NCBI GenBank assembly: GCA_963422735.1
Contig: OY730476.1
Coordinates: forward strand, 4,544,001-4,608,000
DNA from: Candidatus Latescibacterota bacterium
GTDB lineage: Bacteria > Latescibacterota > UBA2968 > UBA8231
Length of the DNA stretch: 64,000 nt
Direction of reading: 5' to 3'
Shown: piece by piece, positions 10,407-19,717 of the stretch
Numbering within the stretch: the first letter of the stretch is position 1
How the letters are laid out: each line of letters begins with the position of its first letter
Position numbers and translations under genes: made by a program
Notes under the pieces: model-generated
Told to the model about the DNA's origin: nothing
Seen by the model: the letters and a program-made list of their open reading frames with translations, nothing else
The model's database searches: none

Positions 10407-10736
10407 GTGAACACCGAACAGAAGGACAGCGTATTAATCGCCAAGCCCGAAGGCCGTATCGATGGGGTCAATGCCCGCGACTTCCACGATGCCTTAAGCG
10501 AAGCGATCGGCACGGGCAACAACGCGGTGCTCGTCGATTTGGCGGCCATCACCTACATCAGCAGTGCGGGTCTGCGGACATTCCTGCTGATTGCCAAAAC
10601 GCTCCAGCAACGCAGTGCCCAGTTCGCGCTATGTTCGCTTTCGGAGCCGATACGGGAAATCTTCGAAATCAGCGGTTTTGATAAGATCATTGCGATCCAC
10701 GCCTCCGAAGAGGAGGCCCTCGCCGCACTGTCGTAA
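10407..10736 (+). CDS. STAS-domain anti-sigma factor antagonist (RsbV/SpoIIAA-like)
   Basis: PEGRIDG, DLAAITYISSAGLR (phospho-Ser motif) and IFEISGF. Start is GTG 10407 or 10395. Confidence 0.92.
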   Translation: MNTEQKDSVLIAKPEGRIDGVNARDFHDALSEAIGTGNNAVLVDLAAITYISSAGLRTFLLIAKTLQQRSAQFALCSLSEPIREIFEISGFDKIIAIHASEEEALAALS

Positions 10737-12926
10737 TTAAAGTGAAGAAGGGGAGGGCATCGTCGCATCTGGATCGACTGCGTCCGATTGCAGGGCCGTC
10801 GGCCGCACGGTGGGCAGATCGATGGCCATCTCGGTAAATTCTCCAGGCTCGGAGTGGACCTTTATGGTGCCCCCGTGCTCGCGCACGATGTCGTTGGACA
10901 ACGCGAGCCCAAGCCCGGTCCCCTGATCGGTCGGCTTAGTCGTAAAGAACGGGTTAAAGATCTTATCGATGACATCCTGAGGAATCCCATTCCCATTGTC
11001 GCGGATGCGGATTTCGGCTTGGTCGGGCATTCGCCGGGTGGTGATCCAGAGCGTAGGTACATAGTCGGGTGTCGTCTCTGGAGAGTGCCGCTTCTCGTTG
11101 GTGGCGTAGCAGGCATTACTCACCATATTCAGAAAGACGCGGGCCAAGTCTTGGGGTACCACTTCTAACTCCCCCATCTCCTCGTCTAACTCCTCCTTAA
11201 TGTCGAGCTGAAAATTTGTATTGGTCGCTCGTGCGCTGTGAAAAGCGAGGCGGGCGTGTTCTTCGAGCAAGTCGTTGATATCCGCGGGTCGTGCCTCGCC
11301 CGACCCCCGGCCCATCTGCAGCATGTCGCGGACAATGCGGTTGGCGCGCTCTCCGTGTTCGCGGATGCGCCCGAGATTGTCGGTCAAGTCGCCGTTGATC
11401 TCGTCGATTAGCTCGCGCTGCTCTTCGTCTAGTTTCTGGCCGTCTTGCTCTAGGATCTCTTGCAATTCCTCTAACAGTTCCTCCGAGACTTCCGCGAAGT
11501 TCTTCACGAAGTTCAAGGGATTCTGGATTTCGTGTGCCACGCCCGCGGTGAGTTCGCCCAATGCGGCTAGTTTTTCGCGCATGACGATCTGACCCTGCGC
11601 CTGCTGTAGATCGTCGAGTACCTTTTCGAGCGTGGCATTTTTTTCTTCCAAATCGGCGGCCAGCTTTTCCACCAAGTTGAGCCGCTGGGCCTCCAAAGAG
11701 TGGCGGCGAAAGACTTCGAGGGCCGCAGCCATGTCTGCAACCTCGTCGTGCCCGGACATCTCGATCTTCGCCTCTAGGTCGCCTTCCGCCATGCGGCGCA
11801 TTCGGTTCGACAGAAATTCGAGGCGACGCAGTAGTACCCGGCCGACGAACAGCCAGGCGATCAGGATCGCTCCGGCGATGCTAATCGCGTTAAGAGCGAG
11901 CAGGAGCTTGCGGCCGGTGAAGATGGCTTGGGTGGAGGTTTGCGTGGCCTTCTGTGCGCTCACGCGGGCCATATTCACTAGGCCCTCTACCTCGGCGACT
12001 AGTGCAATGGACAAATTGCGGTTGCGGTCGAGCAGTGCTCGTTGTTGCTCAACGATCTGGAGTTCCGAGGCGCGCAGGGCGAAGATCTTCTCGTCCCCAC
12101 GGCCCAAGTCGAACAGGCGGTCAAAGGTCTGACCGAGCGCGCTGCGCAAGGAGCCTTTGTCAAGTGCGGCGAGTTTCCGCTCAATGCCCCCTACTGTGGA
12201 GTCGAAACGCTCTTGTAAAGGCTCTAGCAAGCGCGCGTCCGACAGACTGAAGGCATTGGTCAAAAGACGCGTGGCCGTAGTGGCCCCTTCCTGTAGCTCG
12301 GCCAGATCGCGATAACGAGAAAGTTCGGCTTCTGAAAGGTGCTGGACGCGAGGTGCGGGTGGTTCACCGAGAGTGCGGTAGCCGGTCATTGCGTAGAATA
12401 GCTGATCGTCGATGGCCGGAATCAAGATGCCGGTCAGCTCGTTTTGCAGTGTCTCTAGGTTTTTGTGCAACACGCGACTGCGCGCGTTGAGGTCAAAGCG
12501 CTTGGCCACCGAAGCCTCAATAGCGTTGATGTTGGCGATGAGGGTGTCGCCGCGGGCGCGAATCCGCGCTAAGCGTTCTTCGTCTGCGCCCTGCTGAGTT
12601 AGGGCCGCCAATTGCTTTTTAAAATCGTCCCGCTCGGAGGCAATTTTGGCGGCGACCTCGATAAATGCCTTCGGCTTCTCGGCCGCTGCCAAGCGCGGGG
12701 CTGCCGCTGCGAGGGTGCCGCTTTGCTGGGCGACCGCAAAAGCGGTGGCTATCTCCGGGACGGACCGCTCGTTTACCTGCCTTTGGGCATCGCCGACTTG
12801 GTCGAAGGAGAACCAGGCCACCAAGCTCGCGACCATGGTGAGGGCCACGGCCGTGCCGATGCCCATGTAGAGATGAAAGGCGATGCGGTGACGGGCTGCG
12901 AGCAAGCGTTTCAGTAGGGAGATCAT
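10737..12926 (-). CDS. Membrane sensor histidine kinase (large helical periplasmic domain, HAMP, HisKA, HATPase)
   Basis: Two TM segments, HAMP (GHDEVADMAAALEVF), H-box GVAHEIQNPL, DNGNGI and FFTTKP..GTGLGL. Confidence 0.93.
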   Translation of the reverse strand: MISLLKRLLAARHRIAFHLYMGIGTAVALTMVASLVAWFSFDQVGDAQRQVNERSVPEIATAFAVAQQSGTLAAAAPRLAAAEKPKAFIEVAAKIASERDDFKKQLAALTQQGADEERLARIRARGDTLIANINAIEASVAKRFDLNARSRVLHKNLETLQNELTGILIPAIDDQLFYAMTGYRTLGEPPAPRVQHLSEAELSRYRDLAELQEGATTATRLLTNAFSLSDARLLEPLQERFDSTVGGIERKLAALDKGSLRSALGQTFDRLFDLGRGDEKIFALRASELQIVEQQRALLDRNRNLSIALVAEVEGLVNMARVSAQKATQTSTQAIFTGRKLLLALNAISIAGAILIAWLFVGRVLLRRLEFLSNRMRRMAEGDLEAKIEMSGHDEVADMAAALEVFRRHSLEAQRLNLVEKLAADLEEKNATLEKVLDDLQQAQGQIVMREKLAALGELTAGVAHEIQNPLNFVKNFAEVSEELLEELQEILEQDGQKLDEEQRELIDEINGDLTDNLGRIREHGERANRIVRDMLQMGRGSGEARPADINDLLEEHARLAFHSARATNTNFQLDIKEELDEEMGELEVVPQDLARVFLNMVSNACYATNEKRHSPETTPDYVPTLWITTRRMPDQAEIRIRDNGNGIPQDVIDKIFNPFFTTKPTDQGTGLGLALSNDIVREHGGTIKVHSEPGEFTEMAIDLPTVRPTALQSDAVDPDATMPSPSSL

Positions 12927-14092
12927 GGCTTCGTCGCGCTCTTTAAGGAGCGGATGGAGCGGTATTGGCCATCGCTGTCGATCACGGTGAGGAATACCGC
13001 GTCCGAACCCTGATTATCGCTATCCCCGTAGTGGAGCTCGAACCCCTCTAGATCGATGACATCGGCGCGGCGCAAGTTGTTTAATAGGCAGGCGCGGCTG
13101 ATCTCCCGGTCACAGCTAGTGAGGGCGGCGATGGCCAAGCGGCCGGCTAGGTAGCCCTCGAATGAGACAAAGCTAGGCTCTGCTCTCGGGGCGTAGGCTG
13201 CGAGAGCACGGCGGTACGAGCCAACGATGGCCGGTTCGGTGGCCGTTGGGAAGGGCACGACCTGAGAGACTAAAACCCCAGTGCCGGCGGAGCCGAGTTC
13301 CCGCGCCAATGCTTTACTGCCTACGAATGAGATAGTCGCAAAGATGGGGGTGAAACTCGTCGCTTGCGCCCAGGCGATTAGGGTTGCGACTGGCTGGTAG
13401 GTTCCGACCAAAATCACAGCTTGGGGACGGCCGCTGCGCAGGTCGAGTAGGGCGGTCTTCACCGCCTTGGTGTTGCGCGGATACACGCCGACCGCCACGA
13501 GGGATAGCGCGCGACGCTCTAGCGCACGCCGCACGCCGCGAAACCCCTCCCGACCGAAGGAGTCGTCTTGGTACATTATGGCAATGCGCTCGATGCCTAA
13601 GTCGTCGGTCAGGCGGGCGACGATTTCCTCGGTTTCCTGATAGTAGGAGGCACGCATGTTGACCACGCCGTGCCACTTGGGGTCGCGGAGAAAACTACTG
13701 CCCGTGAAGGGAGCGATGTAGGGGACGCCGGCGTCTTCGGCAATGGGAACGGCTGCGCGCGAGGTTGGGGTGCCGACGGCACCAATCAGCGCGAAGACCT
13801 GCTCGCCTTCGATTAGCTGGCGGGTGTTGTCGATGGCGGCTTCCGGCTCGTACCCGTCGTCGAGCGACACCAACTCGATCCGGCGCCCATGCACCCCGCC
13901 CTGCTCATTCACCTCCCGGAAGGCCGCCTGCATCCCAAGCCGCATGTTCCGGCCCAACTCTAGGGCTGGGCCACTAAAGGCAGCGGATTGGCCAAAGAGG
14001 ATACTCCGGTCGGATACACCGAACTGTTCCCCGCCAAGCGCAGCACTCGCAACCAGTAGTGCGGCCGCGCACCGAGCAAGTGCGTTGCTCAA
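12923..14092 (-). CDS. Periplasmic binding protein, LIV/PBP1 type (no ABC partners nearby)
   Basis: Signal peptide, GQSAAFSGP, GGVHGRRIEL..LDDGYEP, GAVGTPT and RASYYQE; 4-nt overlaps with both neighbours. Confidence 0.88.
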   Translation of the reverse strand: MSNALARCAAALLVASAALGGEQFGVSDRSILFGQSAAFSGPALELGRNMRLGMQAAFREVNEQGGVHGRRIELVSLDDGYEPEAAIDNTRQLIEGEQVFALIGAVGTPTSRAAVPIAEDAGVPYIAPFTGSSFLRDPKWHGVVNMRASYYQETEEIVARLTDDLGIERIAIMYQDDSFGREGFRGVRRALERRALSLVAVGVYPRNTKAVKTALLDLRSGRPQAVILVGTYQPVATLIAWAQATSFTPIFATISFVGSKALARELGSAGTGVLVSQVVPFPTATEPAIVGSYRRALAAYAPRAEPSFVSFEGYLAGRLAIAALTSCDREISRACLLNNLRRADVIDLEGFELHYGDSDNQGSDAVFLTVIDSDGQYRSIRSLKSATKP

Positions 14093-14511
14093 TTATCCCT
14101 CCGCTTGACCAAGGTCAGGCAGTTCTTGTTTTGTTGTCGCTGGTAGTGGACCTCGTCCATCATGGTGCGCACTAGGTAGATGCCGAGACCGCCTACGGTG
14201 CGGTCCTCAACAGTGGCTTCCAAGTCCGGATCTGGGGCGTCGCTGAGCGGGTTGAAGGCCTGGCCGTCGTCCTCGACCTCGATAGTGATCGCCTCGTCCT
14301 CTGAGGAGATGACAATCTCGATTTCGTGGGCTTTGCCGTCGTCGTGCCCGTACTCGACGATGTTGACCCCCAATTCCTCAATGGCCAGCCCAATTTGGAA
14401 GGTGAGATCTGGAGGCCAGTTTTCTTTTTCTGCCAGATCTTCAACAGCAGCGTTGACCTTCCGCAGCTCGTCCCGATCGGTCGCCATGCGCAGCGATTTC
14501 TGAGCGCTCAT
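14089..14511 (-). CDS. Anti-sigma factor/Ser kinase (RsbW-like HATPase)
   Basis: LAIEELGVNIVEYG, EDDGQAFNPL and GGLGIYLVRTMMD motifs. Confidence 0.92.
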   Translation of the reverse strand: MSAQKSLRMATDRDELRKVNAAVEDLAEKENWPPDLTFQIGLAIEELGVNIVEYGHDDGKAHEIEIVISSEDEAITIEVEDDGQAFNPLSDAPDPDLEATVEDRTVGGLGIYLVRTMMDEVHYQRQQNKNCLTLVKRRDN

Positions 14512-15677
14512 TGGTCGGTCTCACTGCGGCGAAGCGTCAGGCAGGTGACGTCGTCAAATTGGGGGGCCGCGCCGGCAAAGGCATCGACCGCGTCAAAAAC
14601 CGCCGCGTTGGTGGCGTGGATATCCTTGGGCGGCCCGCTGGCGAAAACCTCACAGAGGCGCTCTAACTCGAACTGGTCGCCTTGGTCGTTTTCGGCCTCG
14701 GTGACACCATCGGTGTACAAGACGACGAGGTCGCCGGACCGCAGGGTAACCGAGCTTTCTTCGTAGGTGAAGTCTGGCACCACTCCGAGCGCCACCCCGC
14801 CGGTCAGCGGAAGCAGGGTTGAGCTGCCGTCGGCGTGGACCACGAGCGGGGCATTGTGCCCGCCATTGGCATAGGTCAGCTCGCCGTTTGCTGGGTCGAA
14901 CGTCGCGTAAAAGACGGTTACGAACATGGCGTCGTCGTTTTCTTCTTGCAGCAGTTGGTTTACTTCGCTCAACACCTTGCCCGGCGCATCGCGACCGATG
15001 GCCGCGCCCTTCAGCAGGGTGCGGCTCGACATCATAAACAGGGCCGCAGGTACGCCCTTGTCCGAGACATCGGCGACGGCGAGGCCGATGCGGCCGTCGT
15101 CGAGGGACAACACGTCGAAGAAGTCACCGCCGACGTCGCGCGCGGGCTTCATGCTGCCGAAGATCTCAAAGCCATGGCCCTCGGGGAAACTGGTGGGCAA
15201 GATGGACTGCTGCATCTTGTTGGCCACGTTGAGTTCGTTTTGCAGGGAGACCAGTTTGTCGCGTGACTCCAGAGCCTCGCGCCATAGCTCTAGATGGCGC
15301 AAGGTCCGTTGGATAGTCACCCGCATGTCCTCGAAGTCGATGGGCTTGGTGATGAAGTCAAACGCGCCCCGGTTCATGGCCGTGCGGATGTTCTTCATGT
15401 CGCCGTATGCCGAGACGATGACCGAGCGGATGTTGGGGTCCACCTTGGGGATCTGCTCTAGCAAGGCGAGCCCGTCCATCCGGGGCATGTTGATATCCGA
15501 GAGCACCATGTCGATGTCTTGCTCTTCGTTTAGCACCTCTAGGGCTTCAACACCGTTTTGGGCGAACATAAAGCAGTACTGGCCCGAGCGAATCTCGCGG
15601 CGCATGCGTTGCCTCACTAGGTGCTCTATATCTGGCTCGTCATCAACGACGAGGATCTTGGGCTGTATTATTGCCAT
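14508..15677 (-). CDS. Response regulator with PP2C/SpoIIE phosphatase (RsbU/RsbY-like)
   Basis: REC domain ILVVDDE..SDINMP..FITKP; PP2C VGGDFFD, ADVSDKG, YTDGVTEA and FDDVT. Confidence 0.93.
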   Translation of the reverse strand: MAIIQPKILVVDDEPDIEHLVRQRMRREIRSGQYCFMFAQNGVEALEVLNEEQDIDMVLSDINMPRMDGLALLEQIPKVDPNIRSVIVSAYGDMKNIRTAMNRGAFDFITKPIDFEDMRVTIQRTLRHLELWREALESRDKLVSLQNELNVANKMQQSILPTSFPEGHGFEIFGSMKPARDVGGDFFDVLSLDDGRIGLAVADVSDKGVPAALFMMSSRTLLKGAAIGRDAPGKVLSEVNQLLQEENDDAMFVTVFYATFDPANGELTYANGGHNAPLVVHADGSSTLLPLTGGVALGVVPDFTYEESSVTLRSGDLVVLYTDGVTEAENDQGDQFELERLCEVFASGPPKDIHATNAAVFDAVDAFAGAAPQFDDVTCLTLRRSETDQ

Positions 15678-15720
15678 TTTTCTTTCCAAATTGGTTTAGC
15701 CTAACGCGGCTGTCAAACGG

Positions 15721-16848
15721 TTAATCTCCCGGCTCCACCACTACCTTCATGGCCTCTTCGCTGCCGGTAATGTCGAGGCCCTCACGGATGTGGGACAGCG
15801 GCAGCCGGTGCGTGATAAAACGATCCAAGGGCGCGGTGGTGCGGCGCAAAAAAGCTAGCGCGGTCTTGAACTGCATGGAAGGATATGCCCACATGCCGCG
15901 GATGTCCAAATCCTTAAAACAGACGATATGCGGGCGAATCTCTACTCCCCCTGGATCGGTGAAGTGACCCACCTCTACGACGATCCCACCCCGGCGCACC
16001 AAGTCGAGCGATTCCTTGAAGGCTACGGGCACACCGGCTGTTTCAATGACGATATCAGCCCCCGCGCCCTCGGTCATGTCTTGAAGGGCCTGCTGCCGCT
16101 GCTCAGGGCTACCTTCTCCCATCGCGAGTACTTTATGAGCGCCCATGGCACGGGCGAGTTCCAGCCGGGCCGCGCTTATGTCGCCGGCAATAATCAGGTC
16201 AGTGCCGATGTGGCTCAGCACCGCCACCACGAGCTGGCCGATGGGGCCAGCTCCGAGGACCAGCACGGATTTGTCGAGGCCCAGCCCCTCGCCGATGTGC
16301 GGGATGCCCGGCCCCAAGGCGCGCTCTACAGCCCGGGTGGCCACGGCCGCTGGCTCGGTGAGCACGGCGCGTTCCGAGGGCAGGTCGTCGGGAATCTTGA
16401 AGAGCCACGAGTGGCCCGTCAAATGCAAGTATTCGGCAAAGCCGCCGCGCGGCATGGGCGCGAGATCGGCGGACACGAATCCGTACACAAAGCGGTTGGC
16501 ACACAGGGTGGGCCGTTGGGGCATGTGCAGGCAGTAGTAGCACCGCCCACAGGCCCGCGACGAGGGCGTCGTGGTCACGCGGTCGCCTACCGCAACCGGA
16601 CCGCCCACTATGGCCAAGCTATCGGCTGCGGCCGGACCCATCTCTTCGATGGTGCCCACTAATTCGTGGCCGGGTATCACTGGAAACGGCAGGGACATGT
16701 GGCCGGCGAACAGGTGCTTATCGCTGCCGCAGATACCCGTGCGCTCGATTTTCAATAGAACTTCGTCGTCTCCGATCTGGGGTTTGGGATACGAGCGTAC
16801 GGCGATCTGGCCTGGGCCAGTCATAATCGCTGCCTGTATCTGAGCCAT
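15721..16848 (-). CDS. Zinc-binding (MDR) alcohol/sugar dehydrogenase
   Basis: GICGSD, GHE, CGRCYYC..C and GAGPIG motifs. Confidence 0.92.
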   Translation of the reverse strand: MAQIQAAIMTGPGQIAVRSYPKPQIGDDEVLLKIERTGICGSDKHLFAGHMSLPFPVIPGHELVGTIEEMGPAAADSLAIVGGPVAVGDRVTTTPSSRACGRCYYCLHMPQRPTLCANRFVYGFVSADLAPMPRGGFAEYLHLTGHSWLFKIPDDLPSERAVLTEPAAVATRAVERALGPGIPHIGEGLGLDKSVLVLGAGPIGQLVVAVLSHIGTDLIIAGDISAARLELARAMGAHKVLAMGEGSPEQRQQALQDMTEGAGADIVIETAGVPVAFKESLDLVRRGGIVVEVGHFTDPGGVEIRPHIVCFKDLDIRGMWAYPSMQFKTALAFLRRTTAPLDRFITHRLPLSHIREGLDITGSEEAMKVVVEPGD

Positions 16849-16881
16849 GTTTTTCTTCTCCTATACTCTATACATTATAAA

Positions 16882-17637
16882 TTAATAGCCAATGCTGTGC
16901 ATGTACTGGCGGTTGATTTGCATCTTCTCGGTTTCGGGCCGCTCGGCTTCTCCGGGGCAGACCGTGACCCAGCCGGCGTACCCGGCCTCCTGCAACGCCG
17001 CCATAAATGCCGGGTAGTCGCACATGGGACCTTCGCCCAACTCCACAGTCTGTCCGTCTTTGAAATCGTGCAGATGTACGTACGCGATCTGCTTGGCGAA
17101 ATCGCGCACGGCTTGAACCGGGTCGTAGCCCCAATGCACGGCGTGGGACATGTCCATACAAAGGCTGCACACGTCTAGGCGCCCCATGAAACGCTTCCAC
17201 TCTGCGGTGCTGTCGACGAGGTGATTGATATGTGGATGAAACGCAACCACAACGCCCAAATTAGCGCCGTACGCGGCTAGATCCTCGTACGCGGCCGCCA
17301 TCCGGTCCAGCTCCGCGTCCGTGCCGTTCCGGCCCTCGCGCCCCGGCCCTTTGGTCATAAAGGTCTCGACCCCGAGCTCGGCGGCAAACTCGATTCGCCG
17401 CTTGTTGATCTGTTGGCTCGGCCCGTCGAGGTTCAGCGCGACATTCGGCCCGCAGACAGCGGCCACTTCCACGCCAGATGCTTCGCAGAGCCGTCGCACG
17501 CGCTGCGGCGTGCCCAACCAGTCGAGCGGTTGCCGCGCCTCCCAGCCATCCCAGCCAAAAGCCCGCAGGGCCTCTAGCTCCTGGGCTAGGTCGGGTGCCT
17601 GCCAGAATAGGCCGCTGTACGCCAATTTGTAGCTCAT
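16882..17637 (-). CDS. Sugar phosphate isomerase/epimerase (IolE/xylose-isomerase-like TIM barrel)
   Basis: FHPH, MDMSH, YVHLHD, ELGEG and GYAGW motifs; AGGG RBS before ATG 17637. Confidence 0.85.
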   Translation of the reverse strand: MSYKLAYSGLFWQAPDLAQELEALRAFGWDGWEARQPLDWLGTPQRVRRLCEASGVEVAAVCGPNVALNLDGPSQQINKRRIEFAAELGVETFMTKGPGREGRNGTDAELDRMAAAYEDLAAYGANLGVVVAFHPHINHLVDSTAEWKRFMGRLDVCSLCMDMSHAVHWGYDPVQAVRDFAKQIAYVHLHDFKDGQTVELGEGPMCDYPAFMAALQEAGYAGWVTVCPGEAERPETEKMQINRQYMHSIGY

Positions 17638-17762
17638 TTCCCTACGCCTGCCGTAGAGGTCCCAATGTACCCAACCGCCAAGGATGGGGCAATGGACCGC
17701 CGCCGTTGTGAATAGAAATTTAAACGAGATGGTACACGAGGTACTATACAAGTAAGATAGGC

Positions 17763-17784
17763 GCGAAATCAGAAGCGATTTCGC
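17763..17784. promoter_or_regulatory. Perfect 8-bp inverted repeat in a divergent promoter region
   Basis: GCGAAATC-agaagc-GATTTCGC; function (operator or hairpin) unknown. Confidence 0.35.
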
Positions 17785-17850
17785 ACTCTTGAGAACGTCT
17801 TTTTAAAGATAACTATAGATATAAGTAGACGTAATGAGGAGGTATCCTAA

Positions 17851-18087
17851 ATGGGCGCGAAATCTCACATCGCCAGATGGGGCACCAGCTTAGCCGTCCG
17901 CATCCCCAAGCCCATCGCCGAGCAATGGGGCGTTCGCGAAGGCTCTGCCATCGAGATAGTCTCGCACGGCGACCAAGTTGTGATGCGCAAGAGGATCTAT
18001 AACCTAGCCGACATGCTGGATCAGGCGACGGCAGACAATCTTCATTCCGAGTTGGACACCGGCCTAGTCCGAGGCAACGAGGCATGA
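17851..18087 (+). CDS. mazE: AbrB/MazE-family antitoxin
   Basis: RWGTSLAVRIPK and YNLADML..NLHSELDTG..GNE; GAGGAGG RBS. Confidence 0.9.
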   Translation: MGAKSHIARWGTSLAVRIPKPIAEQWGVREGSAIEIVSHGDQVVMRKRIYNLADMLDQATADNLHSELDTGLVRGNEA

Positions 18088-18291
18088 TAGAGCGAGCGTA
18101 TGTCCCGGGCACAGGGGACATTGTGTGGCTCTCCTTCACACCTCAGGCTGAACATGAACAAGCTGGGCGGGTCTGAGTCCGAGAAGCTACAACGAGAAAA
18201 CAGGCTTAGGTCTGTTCTGTCCTATCACGTCCCAAGTCAAGGGCTATCCCCTCCCGCCAGTACCGTTACGGGAGTCATCCTGGCCGAGTAG
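18084..18291 (+). pseudogene. mazF: MazF/PemK toxin remnant
   Basis: ATGA overlap, MIERAYVPGTGDIVWLSFTPQAEHEQAGR, then after a deletion LSPRSYNEKTGLGLFCPITSQVKGYP, truncated. Confidence 0.85.
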
Positions 18292-18310
18292 ATCCTCCTG
18301 TAAGCCGGAA

Positions 18311-19702
18311 TCACAGAGACTGCAAAAAGGCCACGAGCGCGTCCCGATCGTTCCGGTCGAGTTGGCGCACGAATTCCCGTGCTGTTTCCGCCTCGCCGCC
18401 GTGGAACATGACAGCTTCCATCAGCGTGCGCGCCCGACCATCGTGCAGATACGCTGGAATGCCATTGACCGTTGCCGTCAGGCCAATGCCCCACAGCGGC
18501 GGTGTGCGCCATGCGCGGCCATCGGCCTCAAAGTCGGGACGGTCGTCGGCCAACTCTTCCCCCATATCGTGCAACAGCAGATCCGTGTAGGGATGAATAG
18601 TCTGGTTGGATAGGGCCGCAATTTCGTGGTGGCCCGTCCGCAAGGTGGGGATGTGGCATCCCGAGCACTGGGCCGCAGCAAAAACTGCTTCACCGCGCAA
18701 AACCTGCGGATCGTCTATGTTGCGGCGGGCGGGCACAGCTAGGGTTCGCACGTAAAAGGTGTTGATCGCCAGCGTCTCCTCGCCAATCTCAGGGTCGTCT
18801 TGGTGCCCGTCCATTTGCGGCTGGCCGGCGGTGGACTCCGCGGGGAAATAGGGGCTGGTGATACCCATGTCTTGGTGGTAGGCCCCGGCGACCTGCTGCA
18901 ACAGGTCGGGATTGTTGGCCTTGAGACCAAAGCGACCCAATTCAGTCCGTCGTGTGCGGAAATTGTACACCCAATTGGGGCGGCCGGATATGCCGTCGCC
19001 GTTGCTGTCGCTTGGGTCGGCCAGCGCCAAAATAGCCTCTTCGGGAACAGCTTCGAGCAGACCGCGGCCAAAAACCGGCGGGGCCATGCGCGGCGAGAAC
19101 AGGGCGTCCCCCGGAAGCGGTTGATAGGTCTCCACTACGTCGTAAACCGGAAAGCGCAGGAAGTACACTGCGCCGTCGGCAAAAAGGCGGGTCTCTTCAA
19201 AGTAGGTAACATCGATCCGCGCTTCGGGTGCGACCCCGAAAACGGCGCGATCCCCAATCTGTTCGCCAAATCCCGGCACAGGCCGCGGTCCCCCAGGCAC
19301 TGCGGGATTGGTGCCGGGCAGGCTGACCCGCATGAGCATGGAGCCGACAAAAGGGGCGGTATCGCCAAACCCTTCGCGCCCCCGGCCATCGCGGGCGTGA
19401 CAGCCCGCGCACGAGGTCTGATTGAAAATCGGTCCTAGGCCATGCCCCACTTCGGCGGGCGCGGTGACAAAGACCTGTTCAAAGGCCGCGTCCCCGGCCA
19501 AGAAGCGGTCCATTTCCATCCCGTTCAAGGAGGGGATGGGGTTTTCAAACGCCAGACTGCTGGCGTCAAAGACCGTCGCCGCTCCGCCGGATAGTGCGCG
19601 GTCGTCCTCCACGGGAGTCGGTCCTAACCCGCGGTCGTCGCTGCACTGGGTGAGCGTAGCTAGAAGGCCCATATAGAGTATGGACGTACGGGTAATGAAC
19701 AT
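18311..19702 (-). CDS. Di-heme oxidoreductase family (DHOR) c-type cytochrome, probable lipoprotein
   Basis: CAGCH and CSGCH heme motifs, GLGPIFN, YTDLLLHDMG, WRTPPLWGIG and YLHDGRAR. Confidence 0.9.
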   Translation of the reverse strand: MFITRTSILYMGLLATLTQCSDDRGLGPTPVEDDRALSGGAATVFDASSLAFENPIPSLNGMEMDRFLAGDAAFEQVFVTAPAEVGHGLGPIFNQTSCAGCHARDGRGREGFGDTAPFVGSMLMRVSLPGTNPAVPGGPRPVPGFGEQIGDRAVFGVAPEARIDVTYFEETRLFADGAVYFLRFPVYDVVETYQPLPGDALFSPRMAPPVFGRGLLEAVPEEAILALADPSDSNGDGISGRPNWVYNFRTRRTELGRFGLKANNPDLLQQVAGAYHQDMGITSPYFPAESTAGQPQMDGHQDDPEIGEETLAINTFYVRTLAVPARRNIDDPQVLRGEAVFAAAQCSGCHIPTLRTGHHEIAALSNQTIHPYTDLLLHDMGEELADDRPDFEADGRAWRTPPLWGIGLTATVNGIPAYLHDGRARTLMEAVMFHGGEAETAREFVRQLDRNDRDALVAFLQSL

Positions 19703-19717
19703 TTATGAGAAACGAAT

